Shown: positions 8,663 to 19,662, numbered from the stretch's first letter. The stretch is DNA of 64,000 bases from Spirochaetia bacterium (GCA_017642445.1 JAGCPA010000077.1:13661-77660); one strand, 5' to 3'. A program made the numbers and translations. The notes: a model not told the origin generated them from the sequence alone.

Positions 8663-9195
8663 CAGAGTTCCTCCACAATAATATTGCTGTTTGTATAGAT
8701 GCAGATCTGTGATGCGATCTCAAGGGATGATTTTGCAATCTCGGCTGCGCTCATGGCAGAGCTTGAGCGCATGAAGGCCAGGGCTGCCGCATAGGCGTAG
8801 TTGCCGCCTGATCCTATGGCCAGGGCCTCCTCGTCGGGCTCCACTACATCTCCTGTGCCCGAGATAAGGAGAATCTTGTTTGCATCGGCAGCCAGAAGCA
8901 TCGCCTCCAGGCGGCGGAGGGCTCTGTCGGTCCTCCACTCCTTGGCCAGCTCCACTGCGGCCCGGGTCATGTCGCCGCCGAACTCCTTGAGCTTGCCCTC
9001 GAACTTCTCGAACAGGGTGAATGCATCGGCTGTGGCACCTGCAAAGCCTACAAGAATCTTGCCGTCATATATTTTCCGCACCTTCCGTGCGTGCCCTTTC
9101 ATCACAGTCTTATCCAGTGTAACCTGGCCGTCGCCGGCCATTGCAACCTTGCCATCCTTTTTTACTGCAAGGATTGTTGTTCCTCTAAATTCCAT
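8662..9195 (-). CDS. hslV: ATP-dependent protease subunit HslV
   Basis: [26 protein letters not shown] is the HslV N-terminal nucleophile region. ATG 9195 has GGAGGAG 3 nt upstream, whereas the ORF-track start is 9225. Confidence 0.95.
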   Translation of the reverse strand: MEFRGTTILAVKKDGKVAMAGDGQVTLDKTVMKGHARKVRKIYDGKILVGFAGATADAFTLFEKFEGKLKEFGGDMTRAAVELAKEWRTDRALRRLEAMLLAADANKILLISGTGDVVEPDEEALAIGSGGNYAYAAALAFMRSSSAMSAAEIAKSSLEIASQICIYTNSNIIVEEL

Positions 9196-10105
9196 TTTCT
9201 CCTCCTTTCTGCCCCAGCCTTCCATGAGGATGTGTAGTTCTGTGGATATCCTTAAGACGCCCTATTCCCACATGGGTGTAGATCTGGGTGGTGGAAAGCC
9301 CTGCATGGCCCAAAAGCTCCTGCACGGCCCGGATGTCGGCACCGCTTTCCAGAATATGGGTGGCAAAGGTGTGCCGGAATGTATGCAATGTCACATTCTT
9401 GTCGATATGTGCATTCATCTTGTACTGTCTTAAAATCCAGGTGGCACCGCGGGCTGTGAGCGGATTCCCCTTGTAATCTATGAAAAGGGTCTCTGTATCA
9501 GTCCCCTCTTTTGTCACCACCTGCTGCCGGAGCGGCAGATATGCCTTGAGTATCTCTGCAGTCTGTCTTCCGAAGAATACAAACCGCTGCTTGTTCCCTT
9601 TTCCAGTTATAAGCACCTGGCCAGACGCAAAATCAAGGTCTCTGATTTTGATTGAGAGAGCCTCTGAGATACGGCAGCCCGATGCGTACAGGAAGCTGAA
9701 GAGAGCCTCGTCCCGTGCACCCAGCATAGGATTGGAGGACTCCTTCTTGACAGCAAGCTCATCAACCCGCTCAAGCTCGCTTTTTGTCATATAGAGAGGG
9801 AGCTTCTTATCCACACGCTGTGACTTTACATAGTCGAACGGGTTGAACTCTGTCTCCTTCTCTCTGATCTTATAGTCATAGAATTTGCGGAGTGCCGAAA
9901 TCTTCCGGTTGATGCTCCGTGCATCAAATCCTTTCTTGGAAAGATGTGCCACATATCTCCTGCCGCTGTTTCTGTCAGGGTTTGAGACAGAATAACCCGA
10001 CTCCTCCATGAAGGAGATGAACTCCGCAATGTCGCCGCTGTATGCTCTTACAGTGGCTGGAGAGAGGTGCCGGATGTTCTCAAGATAGGAGATATACTGT
10101 TTCAA
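9185..10105 (-). CDS. xerC: Tyrosine recombinase XerC/CodV type
   Basis: Carries the phage-integrase catalytic motifs ([58 protein letters not shown]). It sits between topA and hslV, as codV does in Firmicutes. Confidence 0.85.
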   Translation of the reverse strand: MKQYISYLENIRHLSPATVRAYSGDIAEFISFMEESGYSVSNPDRNSGRRYVAHLSKKGFDARSINRKISALRKFYDYKIREKETEFNPFDYVKSQRVDKKLPLYMTKSELERVDELAVKKESSNPMLGARDEALFSFLYASGCRISEALSIKIRDLDFASGQVLITGKGNKQRFVFFGRQTAEILKAYLPLRQQVVTKEGTDTETLFIDYKGNPLTARGATWILRQYKMNAHIDKNVTLHTFRHTFATHILESGADIRAVQELLGHAGLSTTQIYTHVGIGRLKDIHRTTHPHGRLGQKGGENGI

Positions 10106-12187
10106 TCACTCTTCCTTCACATGGTTCTTGCATTCTGTGTTGCTGCAGGAGTAGAAACTGCCCCTGGACTTCTCGTACCGCTCCACCATGAAGTATCCGC
10201 AGTCGGGACACATCTTCTTGGTAGGCTTATATGCACTTATGAAATCGCACTTAGGATAGTTGGTGCATCCGTAGAACTCGCGCCCCTTTCCGCCGTGCTT
10301 CTTCCTTGCAACAATCTGGCCGTCGCAACCTGGGCGCGGACATTTGCAGAACGGAATAGACTGGGTGTTCTTGCACTCCGGGAATCCTGAGCAGGCCAGG
10401 AAGTGGCCGAACCGCCCTAGCTTCTTGACCATAGGACGGCCGCACTTGTCGCACTTGTATTCAGTAAGCTCATCCATGCTTCCGCGCTTTGACTCAAGGG
10501 TTGCCATAACGTTGTCCACCTGCTCCTTGAAAGGCTTGTAGAACTCGCCTATCATCTGGCTCCAGTTGTCCTTGGACTCCTCTACATCATCCAGCTTCTG
10601 CTCCATCTCGGCAGTAAAGTTCACATCCAGGATCTTCGGGAACTTCTCCAGAAGTATCTCGTTTATCATCTTGCCCAGCTGTGTCGGGATAAGCTGCTTG
10701 TTCTTCCGTGCCACATAATAGCGCTCGATAAGGAGTGTGATTATTGGTGCATATGTGGATGGACGTCCTATACCTTTCTCCTCCATAACCTTTACAATGC
10801 TGGCGTCTGTATATCTGGATGGACCCTGGGTAAAGTGCTGTTCTGTCTCGTACTTTGAATACTCAAGCTCATCGCCTGCCGCAATGGCCGGCAGATGCAC
10901 TGCCTTCTCCTTGATTGCCAGCAGTTTTAGCACAGCCTGGAAACCTTTCTCCTTGACAACAGAGGCAACAGTCCTGAAAGGCTTTCCATTGCAGTTTATA
11001 TCCACTGTGGTCACCGCCAGTACACTGTCCTTCATCTGCGAGGAGACAAACCGCTCCCATATTATGCTGTAAAGCTTATGCTGGTCTGATGTCAGATACT
11101 GCTTCACAGAATCTGGTGTGTATTTAACATAAGTAGGCCTGATTGCCTCGTGAGCATCCTGTGCCCGCTTTCCAATGCTGTAGTTGTTGAAGTGGTCAGG
11201 CAGTGCCTGCGGGAAGTTCTTACCTATGTAATCCCGCACATCTGCCAGAGCCTGGTTGGAGATACGGGTGGAGTCTGTTCTCATGTAGGTGATAAGGCCG
11301 ACCCGGTTTGTCCCCAGGCTGATACCTTCGTACAGCTGCTGTGCAAGCTGCATTGTCTTCTTGGATGTGAATCCAAGCCTTATAGCCGCATCCTGCTGAA
11401 GCTTTGATGTGGTATACGGTGCCCGCGGATTGAGGATCTTGTCTACAGTCTTGATATCTGTGACAACATATTTCTTCCCGGCGAGGGCTGCCATAAATGC
11501 ATCAACCTCGGCCTTGGAGCGGAATGATATCTTATCCTCGTTCTGCGGAACAAGCTGGGCCATGAAGCTTCCTTTCCCTTTCTTAAGCTCCACATCCAGG
11601 CTCCAGTACTCCTCTGGAGTAAATGCAAGAACCTCGGCCTCCCGGTCGCATATAAGACGGAGTGCGACAGACTGCACGCGCCCTGCAGAAAGGCCGTTCT
11701 TCACCTTTTTCCACAGGATAGGAGAAAGGTTGTAGCCTACAATGCGGTCAAGCACACGGCGGGCTTTCTGGGCGTTCACCTTGCCCATGTCTATGTCCTG
11801 CGGAGCATTCACCGCAGCCTTGATTGCAGTCGGGGTGATCTCGTTGAAAATAATTCTTTCGATCTTAGCAGGAATCTTCTTGGCCTCGAGCGCACACTTG
11901 AGGTGGTAGGAGATAGCCTCTCCCTCACGGTCATTATCAGAAGCAAGTAGAACCTCGTCTGCCTTTGCCGCTTTCTTCTCAAGCTCCTTGAGGATGGAAG
12001 CCTTGCCCCGTACCGTTATATATTCCGGCTCAAAGTTGTTGTCCACATCTATTGCTATCCTGGATTTAGGCAGGTCAATAAGGTGCCCTACCGATGCCTC
12101 GACAGAATATCCTTTTCCTAAATAATGTTCGATTGTTTTTGCCTTTGCAGGAGACTCTACTATAAGCAATGTTGATTTCTTGGCCAT
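10106..12187 (-). CDS. topA: DNA topoisomerase I
   Basis: TOPRIM N-terminus (LLIVESPAKAKTIEHYLG), the Topo IA core, and C-terminal Cys4 zinc ribbons (CDKCGRPMV..., CPRPGCDG..., CPDCGYFMV). Confidence 0.95.
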   Translation of the reverse strand: MAKKSTLLIVESPAKAKTIEHYLGKGYSVEASVGHLIDLPKSRIAIDVDNNFEPEYITVRGKASILKELEKKAAKADEVLLASDNDREGEAISYHLKCALEAKKIPAKIERIIFNEITPTAIKAAVNAPQDIDMGKVNAQKARRVLDRIVGYNLSPILWKKVKNGLSAGRVQSVALRLICDREAEVLAFTPEEYWSLDVELKKGKGSFMAQLVPQNEDKISFRSKAEVDAFMAALAGKKYVVTDIKTVDKILNPRAPYTTSKLQQDAAIRLGFTSKKTMQLAQQLYEGISLGTNRVGLITYMRTDSTRISNQALADVRDYIGKNFPQALPDHFNNYSIGKRAQDAHEAIRPTYVKYTPDSVKQYLTSDQHKLYSIIWERFVSSQMKDSVLAVTTVDINCNGKPFRTVASVVKEKGFQAVLKLLAIKEKAVHLPAIAAGDELEYSKYETEQHFTQGPSRYTDASIVKVMEEKGIGRPSTYAPIITLLIERYYVARKNKQLIPTQLGKMINEILLEKFPKILDVNFTAEMEQKLDDVEESKDNWSQMIGEFYKPFKEQVDNVMATLESKRGSMDELTEYKCDKCGRPMVKKLGRFGHFLACSGFPECKNTQSIPFCKCPRPGCDGQIVARKKHGGKGREFYGCTNYPKCDFISAYKPTKKMCPDCGYFMVERYEKSRGSFYSCSNTECKNHVKEE

Positions 12188-12199
12188 TTTCTCCTCCTT

Positions 12200-13189
12200 C
12201 TATCTCTTGAAATAATAAATACCACTGTTGTTCACAGCCCTGTCATCCAGTTCCCAGGAGAGAAGCTGATGCTGCTCCGCCTCCTTGAGGCTGTCTGTCT
12301 TATACACTGGGATCTCGACATCCCATCCTAAATCCATCATCACATCCACCGGGCCGGAAATACTCTTGGCCCCCTGCTCCACCAGAGCAAGTCCGCCGGC
12401 TCCCTGAGGGAACGGAAGTCCTGCCTCATGAACATATATCTCCCTTCCCTGCTCAGCCGCAAAGTCGGCGGTTATAAGAGCACCGGAACGCTTGGGTGCC
12501 TGCACCACAACCACTGCCGATGAGAGGCCGCTTATAATCCGGTTCCGCTGCGGGAATGTGAATTTTGCCGGCTTTATTCCAGGGCCGAACTCACTGAATA
12601 TCACTCCTCCGTCTTCAAGCATCTGGTATGCCAGCTTCCGGTTTGCATATGGATAAATCTCGTCTATGCCGTTGCCCAGCACTGCTATGGCAGGCATCTC
12701 GGCAGCCATGTTGCCTATGTGGGAATGGCGGTCTATGCCCAGAGCCAGCCCGGAGACAACACGCACGCCGTTGACACCGAAGCCGAAGCCCATGTCAAAG
12801 GCTGCCGAAAGGGCGGCGCCGCTGGGGTACCTAGTTCCAACAACGCCTACTGTCCTGCTGTAATCTGCAGGAAGAAGACCCCTGTAAAAGAGAATAAACG
12901 GAGGATCATATATCTCTTTCAGCAGGGGCGGATAAAGGGGACTGAATATGGAGATGAATTTTACGCTGCTTTTCTCCACAGTTTTTATCTCACGGTCTGC
13001 TGCCTTGAACGCGACATCAAGAGCCTTGAGATCTTTTGCAAATAGTCCCGAAATACATTTTTTGACTCCAGATATGGATATCTCTTTGCCGACTCTCTCT
13101 TCCAAAAGAGTAAGCAAGGAAATCTTGTCCTTCATATCGAGACCTTTCAGATGTTTGAAAACAAATGCAAGATAATCTTTATTATCCAT
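12200..13189 (-). CDS. dprA: DNA-processing protein DprA (Smf)
   Basis: Rossmann-like DprA core (VGVVGTRYPSGAALSAAFDMG...GLALGIDRHSH...AVLGNGIDEIYPYANRKL...PQRNRIISGLS). Confidence 0.85.
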   Translation of the reverse strand: MDNKDYLAFVFKHLKGLDMKDKISLLTLLEERVGKEISISGVKKCISGLFAKDLKALDVAFKAADREIKTVEKSSVKFISIFSPLYPPLLKEIYDPPFILFYRGLLPADYSRTVGVVGTRYPSGAALSAAFDMGFGFGVNGVRVVSGLALGIDRHSHIGNMAAEMPAIAVLGNGIDEIYPYANRKLAYQMLEDGGVIFSEFGPGIKPAKFTFPQRNRIISGLSSAVVVVQAPKRSGALITADFAAEQGREIYVHEAGLPFPQGAGGLALVEQGAKSISGPVDVMMDLGWDVEIPVYKTDSLKEAEQHQLLSWELDDRAVNNSGIYYFKR

Positions 13190-13198
13190 ATCTTTCCT

Positions 13199-14086
13199 TC
13201 AGACTGCCGGATGACTCCGGTCATAAATTCTACGCAGATCGCTGCGGTCCAGATGGGTATAAATCTGGGTTGTTGAGATATCGGCATGTCCAAGCATCTC
13301 CTGCACTGAGCGGAGGTCTGCCCCGTTCCTGAGCATGTGTGTGGCAAAGGAGTGGCGCAGTGTATGCACTTTTCCCTCGATATCTGCATGCTTTGATATC
13401 TCCTTGAACTTCTTCCAGATTCCCTTGCGGCCTATCTTGCGGCCGAAACAATTGATGAACAGGTATTCTGACTGCTTCTCCTTGAGAAGACTCTTTCTCC
13501 CCTCCTCCATATATTTGTGTATCCAGTAGAGAGAAACCTCTCCCAACGGCACAATACGCTCCTTGCTTCCCTTTCCGAACACACGCACCACCCCTTCCTC
13601 GGGATAGATGTCGGAACATTTGAGGTCTGCCACCTCCGAGATACGCAGGCCGCAGGAATAGATGACCTCGAACAGCGCCCTGTCCCTGATTCCGGCCGGC
13701 TTGCCCAGCGCTATGCTGTCGAAGAAGGAATCCACCTCGGCATTGCTGAAAACCTTTGGAAGCACATGGCCGCTTTTCGGCATATCAAGCACTGCGACAG
13801 GGTTGTCACGGCGCACATCCTCCAGCTGCAGGAACTTGAAGAACGAACGGAGGCTGCTCATGATCCTGGATACTGTGCGCGATGTAAGATGCCCCTCTTT
13901 GGTGCGGCTTGAAATATAATCCTCTATGTCAGATGTGGTTATGGAATCTGGTGTGATCTTCCGGTTTCCCAGATAAGAGATGAACATACCTATCTCCCTG
14001 CTGTAGATCTGCACTGTCGCAGAGGAGAGGTTGAGCTCGCTGATTATATAGTCCACATAGCTGTCGGAAAGCCGCTTTAAATCCAT
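13199..14086 (-). CDS. xerD: Tyrosine recombinase XerD type
   Basis: [57 protein letters not shown]. The likely start is the Met of MDLKRLSDSYV at 14086, which shares one base with the ftsZ stop. The ORF-track start is 14158. Confidence 0.85.
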   Translation of the reverse strand: MDLKRLSDSYVDYIISELNLSSATVQIYSREIGMFISYLGNRKITPDSITTSDIEDYISSRTKEGHLTSRTVSRIMSSLRSFFKFLQLEDVRRDNPVAVLDMPKSGHVLPKVFSNAEVDSFFDSIALGKPAGIRDRALFEVIYSCGLRISEVADLKCSDIYPEEGVVRVFGKGSKERIVPLGEVSLYWIHKYMEEGRKSLLKEKQSEYLFINCFGRKIGRKGIWKKFKEISKHADIEGKVHTLRHSFATHMLRNGADLRSVQEMLGHADISTTQIYTHLDRSDLRRIYDRSHPAV

Positions 14087-15294
14087 TATTCTTCTGTCCT
14101 TATTCCTGGTACTTTGCCTCTGAGCCGGTAGATAGCCGGCTGCTCGATATTGCCCCACTCAGCATTGCCCTCGCTCTGGATCTGGGTGCTTGCTCTTGGT
14201 GCCGCACTGCTGCTTATTCCCACCTTCTGCATCGCATCCCATTCTCTTGAGCTCACTACATTAGGTTTATCAACCTTTGGTCTTGAATAATGGCTGGATG
14301 GGCTTTTCTGACTTGGTGGAAACCCTGTGGCAATGATAGTCACAGAAACTCTCTCTTTCATTGTCTCATCCACACGGTGACCGAATATAAGGTTCACATT
14401 CTCGTCGGCATTGGAGCGGACCAGGTTGAGGATCTTCTGGAGGTCAGGCATTGTGAAGTCCGGACCGCTGGTGATATTGAGGATAATTCCTGTCGCACCG
14501 GTGATATCTGTGTTCTCCTGAACCTTGTTGCAGAGCGCATTGGTTATTGCATCCACAGCCATGTTCTCTCCCTTGCCCTCGCCTATGCCCATGAAGGCCT
14601 CGCCTTTTCCGCGCATGATTGTGTTTATATCTGCAAAGTCAAGGTTTATGTCGCCAGGGCTGGTTATGAGGTTTGCGATTCCCAGGATTCCATCGCGGAG
14701 CACACCGTCGGCAATCTTGAAGCCTTCCTGCATGGTAACAGTCTTCTCGACCTGGGCAAATTCTATGAGCTTCTGGTTGGGGACAACGATGAGGGCATCT
14801 ACATTCTCTTTAAGACGTTCAATTCCTGTAAGGGCATTCTGCATGCGTACCGGACCCTCAAGATCGAATGGGGTGGTCACTACAGCTACAGTAAGTATGC
14901 CCATGTCCTTGGCAATCTTGGCAATTACAGGGGCACCGCCGGTACCGGTTCCACCGCCCATTCCTGCAGTAATGAACACCATGTCGGAGCCTTCGATGAA
15001 CTCCTTGATGTCATCCTTCTGCTCGTTGGCGGCATCCTCGCCTACCTTAGGGTTTCCACCGGCGCCCAGACCATGGGTTGTCTCCCTTCCAAGGGGCAGA
15101 TGGGTTTCGGCCTGGCTCCGCTTAAGAGCCTGAAGATCGGTGTTCGCAGCAATGAATACAACATCCTGCGGGTTATAGTCTTCGATGATGCGGTTCACTG
15201 CATTGCATCCTGCACCACCTACTCCGATAACCTTGATGACCGCACTTTCTACCGGACCTATTTTTTCCTTATCATCAACAATTGTTAATTCCAT
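14086..15294 (-). CDS. ftsZ: Cell division GTPase FtsZ
   Basis: Contains the tubulin signature GGGTGTGGAPVIA. The N-terminus is IKVIGVGGAGCNAVNRI. There is a C-terminal conserved-peptide-like PAIYRLR. Confidence 0.95.
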   Translation of the reverse strand: MELTIVDDKEKIGPVESAVIKVIGVGGAGCNAVNRIIEDYNPQDVVFIAANTDLQALKRSQAETHLPLGRETTHGLGAGGNPKVGEDAANEQKDDIKEFIEGSDMVFITAGMGGGTGTGGAPVIAKIAKDMGILTVAVVTTPFDLEGPVRMQNALTGIERLKENVDALIVVPNQKLIEFAQVEKTVTMQEGFKIADGVLRDGILGIANLITSPGDINLDFADINTIMRGKGEAFMGIGEGKGENMAVDAITNALCNKVQENTDITGATGIILNITSGPDFTMPDLQKILNLVRSNADENVNLIFGHRVDETMKERVSVTIIATGFPPSQKSPSSHYSRPKVDKPNVVSSREWDAMQKVGISSSAAPRASTQIQSEGNAEWGNIEQPAIYRLRGKVPGIRTEE

Positions 15295-15313
15295 TTTCCC
15301 CTCCCCCTATATT

Positions 15314-16633
15314 CTAGAAATCCTTCACAAAGTTCTTTGCTTTAGTCCACAGCCACTTTCCGGCGACCTTGAACATTCCGTCGCCCTCATCCTGCGGCAT
15401 CTCCTCTCTGGAAGACTTGCCAGGATCAGGTCTTCTCTTTGCCAACCGGGCCCTGATCTTCATATCAAGGCCTATCTGTGCAAGGCCGATTGCACCGGCA
15501 TATTTAGGATTCTCGTAATCCTTAGCCGCTCCGGTAAGCCCCAGAGGAACACCTATGCGCACCGGAATCTTGAACACTTCCTCGGCAACCTCGCTCACAC
15601 CTGGAAGCAGGGCGCCGCCGCCGGTAATAACAATGCCGCTGTTCACGTACTGCATAGTCTTTGTATCCTCAACAGCACGCTTTACTTTTGTAAAAATCTC
15701 CCACATCCTGGCCTTTGCAATCTCGCACACCTTAAGGCGCGAAACAGTTCTCTCGCCGAAAGATCCGGATGTGACAGGAATCTCAATCATCTCTTTATCA
15801 TCAACCAGCGATTCGTGGCATGCTCCCTGGTTGACCTTTATTTTTTCTGCTATGTCGCTGGAAAGCCTGAGCACAGCCGCTATGTCGCTGGTAACATATT
15901 TTCCGCCTATAGGAACAACGCCTGTGAAATAGGTGGCGCCGTTCATCTGGATTCCGACCTCGGTTGTGCCTCCGCCGATATCTATCACCATGACACCGGC
16001 CTTCTCCTCCTCGGGAACCAGAATAGCCTTGCAGTCGGCCAGTGTTATCGGAACCATGTTCTGTATTCCGTATTCAGAGCGCTCGATGCAGTTCTTCAGG
16101 TTCTTCATTGCAGAGGTGGAAGCTGTGATTATGTGGGCCTGCACCTCAAGCCGGTTTCCGATCATGTGCAGCGGATTCTTTATGCCGCCCTGGTTGTTCA
16201 CTTTATATTCAATAGGCATCACAAAGAAGGTCTCTCTGTCTGGCACCTCTGGAATTGCACCTGCGGACTTCATGGCCTCCTGCTTGTTCTGCTCTGTTAT
16301 CTCGGGTCTCTCGCCGCGTCTTCTGCTGTCAACTTTGACCACTCCGATAGAATTGAGCCCTTTCACATGCTCGCCGCTGATGCCGCATACAACCTCTTCG
16401 ACATCCCGGCCTGACATGTTCACAGCAGCCTCGACAGCCTGCACTATGCAGGAGCTGGCAGATTCTTTATTGATGATTACGCCGTTACGGATTCCTTCGG
16501 AAGGAGCGTTTCCGACCCCCACCACTTTAAGCACCGGCTCGCCCATCCTGTCCACATCACATTCCCCTATGACGGCAGTGACATTTACAGTACCGATATC
16601 AAGCCCTACAACAATATCATTAGAATCCATCAT
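15314..16633 (-). CDS. ftsA: Cell division protein FtsA
   Basis: Actin-like ATPase (VVGLDIGTVNVTAVIGE, VIDIGGGTTEV, GIVITGGGALLPG) with a C-terminal amphipathic helix. Confidence 0.95.
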   Translation of the reverse strand: MMDSNDIVVGLDIGTVNVTAVIGECDVDRMGEPVLKVVGVGNAPSEGIRNGVIINKESASSCIVQAVEAAVNMSGRDVEEVVCGISGEHVKGLNSIGVVKVDSRRRGERPEITEQNKQEAMKSAGAIPEVPDRETFFVMPIEYKVNNQGGIKNPLHMIGNRLEVQAHIITASTSAMKNLKNCIERSEYGIQNMVPITLADCKAILVPEEEKAGVMVIDIGGGTTEVGIQMNGATYFTGVVPIGGKYVTSDIAAVLRLSSDIAEKIKVNQGACHESLVDDKEMIEIPVTSGSFGERTVSRLKVCEIAKARMWEIFTKVKRAVEDTKTMQYVNSGIVITGGGALLPGVSEVAEEVFKIPVRIGVPLGLTGAAKDYENPKYAGAIGLAQIGLDMKIRARLAKRRPDPGKSSREEMPQDEGDGMFKVAGKWLWTKAKNFVKDF

Positions 16634-17454
16634 CAGCCCTCCTTGACCTTATAAACAATCTTGCCACCTCTGAAATCAAGCTCATCGGTCTGCTTATCTA
16701 TTCCATTCTCCTGCATCACATCCAGGACAGTGAACATCTGCTGGAGCATTCCGTCGGTTATGTCCGAACTGGTGCGTATCCTGATGCTGCTGTTCGCCGG
16801 ATAGATGACTACATCAAAAGTCCCCTCTGACTTCTCTACAAATTTAATTTCGGATATCTGCTCGAAGAGTGTGCCTGAAGACTGCTTCACAGCAGAGAGC
16901 CTGGAGAGATACGGTATGAACATGCTTGGAAGCTGTGTGCCAAGCTTGAGATTCTGGAATGTGAGGCCGGAGATCACAGGAAGCTCATAGTCTGTCACCC
17001 CTTCCCCTATCTCGAAGATAACCCCTTCCCGGTCCAGTGTGACAGGAACAGTGATTCCATCCACCTCTATGAAAGTGATTGCAAAAGGCTCTCTTCCCTC
17101 TACAACTATCTTGATTGCCGATGGGAACGACTTCTCCACCTTGGCAGCCTGAATCAGATTGTTCTCCAGAAGACGCCGCTCAACCTCTGCGGCATCGATC
17201 GCAAAATAGCTCTCTCCACCGGTTATTCCGGCCAGCTGAAGTATCTCGGAAGAAGAAAGCGCCACGGAAGCCGGTGAATACACCTGGACCTTGTCAATCT
17301 TAAGGTTCGGTGAGATCAGAAGCATGAAGACAGCTTCCATGGACGCAAGACCAAGGATGAAGAGAAAAACAAAAAGGAGGATTTTTTTGTTTACCGTTCT
17401 GCTCTTATGTTTAACCTGGAAAGAATAACCAGGATAAATATCAATACTACTCAT
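16633..17454 (-). CDS. ftsQ: Cell division protein FtsQ/DivIB (POTRA)
   Basis: A single N-terminal TM followed by a POTRA-like region (IDKVQVYSPASVALSSSEILQLAGI). It lies between ftsW and ftsA. ATG 17454 has GAGGAG 6 nt upstream. Confidence 0.7.
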   Translation of the reverse strand: MSSIDIYPGYSFQVKHKSRTVNKKILLFVFLFILGLASMEAVFMLLISPNLKIDKVQVYSPASVALSSSEILQLAGITGGESYFAIDAAEVERRLLENNLIQAAKVEKSFPSAIKIVVEGREPFAITFIEVDGITVPVTLDREGVIFEIGEGVTDYELPVISGLTFQNLKLGTQLPSMFIPYLSRLSAVKQSSGTLFEQISEIKFVEKSEGTFDVVIYPANSSIRIRTSSDITDGMLQQMFTVLDVMQENGIDKQTDELDFRGGKIVYKVKEG

Positions 17455-18565
17455 AGTAATCTCCTCTGTCAGTACCCCGTGACACATTCAGCAGAAAACC
17501 GCACATTATCATAGTCACCAGCATGGAAGTTCCACCCTGAGAGAAGAATGGCATGGTAATTCCGGTAGTAGGGATCAGCTCTGCAACAACTGCGGTGTTA
17601 ACCAGCATCTGGAAGAAGATACTGGTTGTAATTCCAAAAGCCACATACGACTTGAATCTGTCGGTGGCTGTCCATGCAATGTAATAACCCTTGAAAGCCA
17701 GGAACGCGAAAAGGAGGATGATTATGATGACACCCACAAATCCCAGCTCCTCGCCCACAATGGCAAAGATAAAGTCTGATTTGGCCTCGGGCAGGCTTCC
17801 CATCTTATAGCTTCCGCTTCCTATTCCACGGCCGAATATACCGCCCGCAAGCAGCGCCTCCTTGGCCTTGAGGATCTGATAGCTGCTTCCTTCGGCGTCT
17901 GTGTTTCCCGACATGTGTGAAAGAAGACGGCTCAGACGGTACGGCTCCATGAGTATGAAAAGGAAGAACAGAAGTCCGATCCCGACACCCAGCAGGAACA
18001 GCATCCTGATGCGGAATTTAGAGACAAAAAGCATAGTGGCGCAGAGGCCCATTATAAATATGGTTGTGGACAGGTCGCTCTGCAGCCATACAATCTGAAT
18101 TATGGCCAATATAACGGTGAATACCGATGTGGAATAATTCTTCTTTCTCCCCTCTTCCACCCTTACAAAGTCGGATGCAAGATAGAGGACCAGGACTATC
18201 TTATAGAACTCTGACGGCTGGAGCGAAAGGGCACCGATACGGATCCAGCGCGAAGCACCGTTCACATCGCCGTACAGCGGAGGAAGAAGATTAAGCACAA
18301 ATACAATAATCAGGAACAGCTTGTTCCACCGGCGGAAGAAATCCATCGGCATATAGGCCACAAATATTGCAAGTATGGATCCCATGCAGAACATAAGGGC
18401 CTGACGTGATATGAAGTAGGTGAAAGGTTTTCCTGTGTTTACTGCGTCCGGATACGATGCAGAGAACAGCATAGCCATACCGCTGCCTGCCAGGAGCAGG
18501 ATCACTGCCAGCAGCATTGTGTCAAAAGAGTTGCCACGCTGTCTTTCCATCAAGAAACCGTCCAT
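17447..18565 (-). CDS. ftsW: SEDS-family peptidoglycan glycosyltransferase FtsW/RodA type
   Basis: Polytopic membrane protein with SEDS motifs (RWIRIGALSLQPSEFYKI, PEAKSDFIFAIVGEELGF, TGITMPFFSQGGTSM). Confidence 0.85.
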   Translation of the reverse strand: MDGFLMERQRGNSFDTMLLAVILLLAGSGMAMLFSASYPDAVNTGKPFTYFISRQALMFCMGSILAIFVAYMPMDFFRRWNKLFLIIVFVLNLLPPLYGDVNGASRWIRIGALSLQPSEFYKIVLVLYLASDFVRVEEGRKKNYSTSVFTVILAIIQIVWLQSDLSTTIFIMGLCATMLFVSKFRIRMLFLLGVGIGLLFFLFILMEPYRLSRLLSHMSGNTDAEGSSYQILKAKEALLAGGIFGRGIGSGSYKMGSLPEAKSDFIFAIVGEELGFVGVIIIILLFAFLAFKGYYIAWTATDRFKSYVAFGITTSIFFQMLVNTAVVAELIPTTGITMPFFSQGGTSMLVTMIMCGFLLNVSRGTDRGDYYE

Positions 18566-18578
18566 AAGTCTCCTTTCC

Positions 18579-19661
18579 TCACTGCAGTTTCAATGTGGAG
18601 AGGGCTACCACCACAAGCAGTCCTCCTAAAATCCAGAACCGGGTCACCACCCGGGTCTCCTTCCATCCCTTCTTCTCAAAATGATGATGGATAGGTGTCA
18701 TAAGGAACACTCTCTTTCCGACATGGTCGGGGCTGTGTTTCTCTGTATATTTGAAATACCCCACCTGAATGATCACCGACAGCGCCTCGATCACAAATAT
18801 GCCGCCGATCAGGATAAGGAGGATCTCCTTCTTGAGGAGAAGTGCCATGAGCCCGATTATTCCGCCTAAAGAAAGGCTTCCTGTGTCGCCCATGAAAACT
18901 TCTGCAGGATGGCAGTTGAACCAGAGGAATCCGATGGATGCCCCTATAAGGGCCAGGCTGAGCACTGCCAGCTCACTGCAGCCTGACATGAATGGAATAT
19001 TAAGATATGCGGCGAAGTCTGCACGGCCTGTGATATAAGCAAGGATTGCAAACCCTATTGCCACCAGGAACACAAGCCCTATCGCAAGGCCGTCCAGGCC
19101 GTCGGTCAGATTCACTGCGTTGGAAGCTCCAACCAGGATGATTATGCCGAACGGAATGTAGAACCAGCCGAGGTCGCATACCGGATATTTGTTGAACGGG
19201 ATATAGAGCATTGTGGTGTTCTCGCCGCGGTTCAGATAAATCATTACAACTATGGCGGCAGAGATTAAGATCTGTCCCATCATCTTGAGCCGTGGAGAGA
19301 GCCCTTCGGAGTTCTTACGGCTTATCTTGAGCCAGTCGTCTGCAAAGCCGACAGAGCCGAAGCCAAGGATTGCGAAGAGCGAGAGCCATGTGTACCAGTT
19401 CCTCAGGTCCTGCCACAGAAGGACAGAGATGACAATCGCAAAGATGATGAGCATACCGCCCATGGTTGGGGTTCCCTCTTTGATCAGATGGGTCTGCGGA
19501 CCGTCGTCCCGGACTTCCTGGCCCAGCTTTTTACGTCTGAGCCACCTGATGAACCAGGGTCCGAAAAGGAGAGAGAGGATCAGTGCAGTTACAGCTGCAT
19601 AGGATGCTCTGAAGGTGATGTATTTAAATATGTTTATCTGGGAAGCTAACTCTTTTAACAC
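18579..19661 (-). CDS. mraY: Phospho-N-acetylmuramoyl-pentapeptide transferase
   Basis: Carries the MraY motifs (KEGTPTMGG, NAVNLTDGLDGLA, FMGDTGSLSLGG, PIHHHFE). Confidence 0.95.
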   Translation of the reverse strand: MLKELASQINIFKYITFRASYAAVTALILSLLFGPWFIRWLRRKKLGQEVRDDGPQTHLIKEGTPTMGGMLIIFAIVISVLLWQDLRNWYTWLSLFAILGFGSVGFADDWLKISRKNSEGLSPRLKMMGQILISAAIVVMIYLNRGENTTMLYIPFNKYPVCDLGWFYIPFGIIILVGASNAVNLTDGLDGLAIGLVFLVAIGFAILAYITGRADFAAYLNIPFMSGCSELAVLSLALIGASIGFLWFNCHPAEVFMGDTGSLSLGGIIGLMALLLKKEILLILIGGIFVIEALSVIIQVGYFKYTEKHSPDHVGKRVFLMTPIHHHFEKKGWKETRVVTRFWILGGLLVVVALSTLKLQ

Positions 19662-19662
19662 T

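Noticed and set aside
9185-14086. The two tyrosine recombinases as possible integrases of a mobile element
   Set aside because: Both sit in conserved housekeeping synteny: xerC between topA and hslV as codV does, and xerD coupled to ftsZ. Their composition is host-like. No att-like repeats or cargo genes are adjacent, so these are chromosome-dimer-resolution Xer recombinases.
14290-16414. Very long plus-strand ORFs (332 aa at 14290-15288, 409 aa at 15185-16414, 237 aa at 15933-16646) antisense to ftsZ and ftsA
   Set aside because: The minus-strand genes carry unmistakable FtsZ and FtsA motifs. The antisense translations are low-complexity (Ser/Leu/His/Cys-rich), lack SDs and have no recognisable family. 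They are stop-poor antisense frames produced by codon bias.
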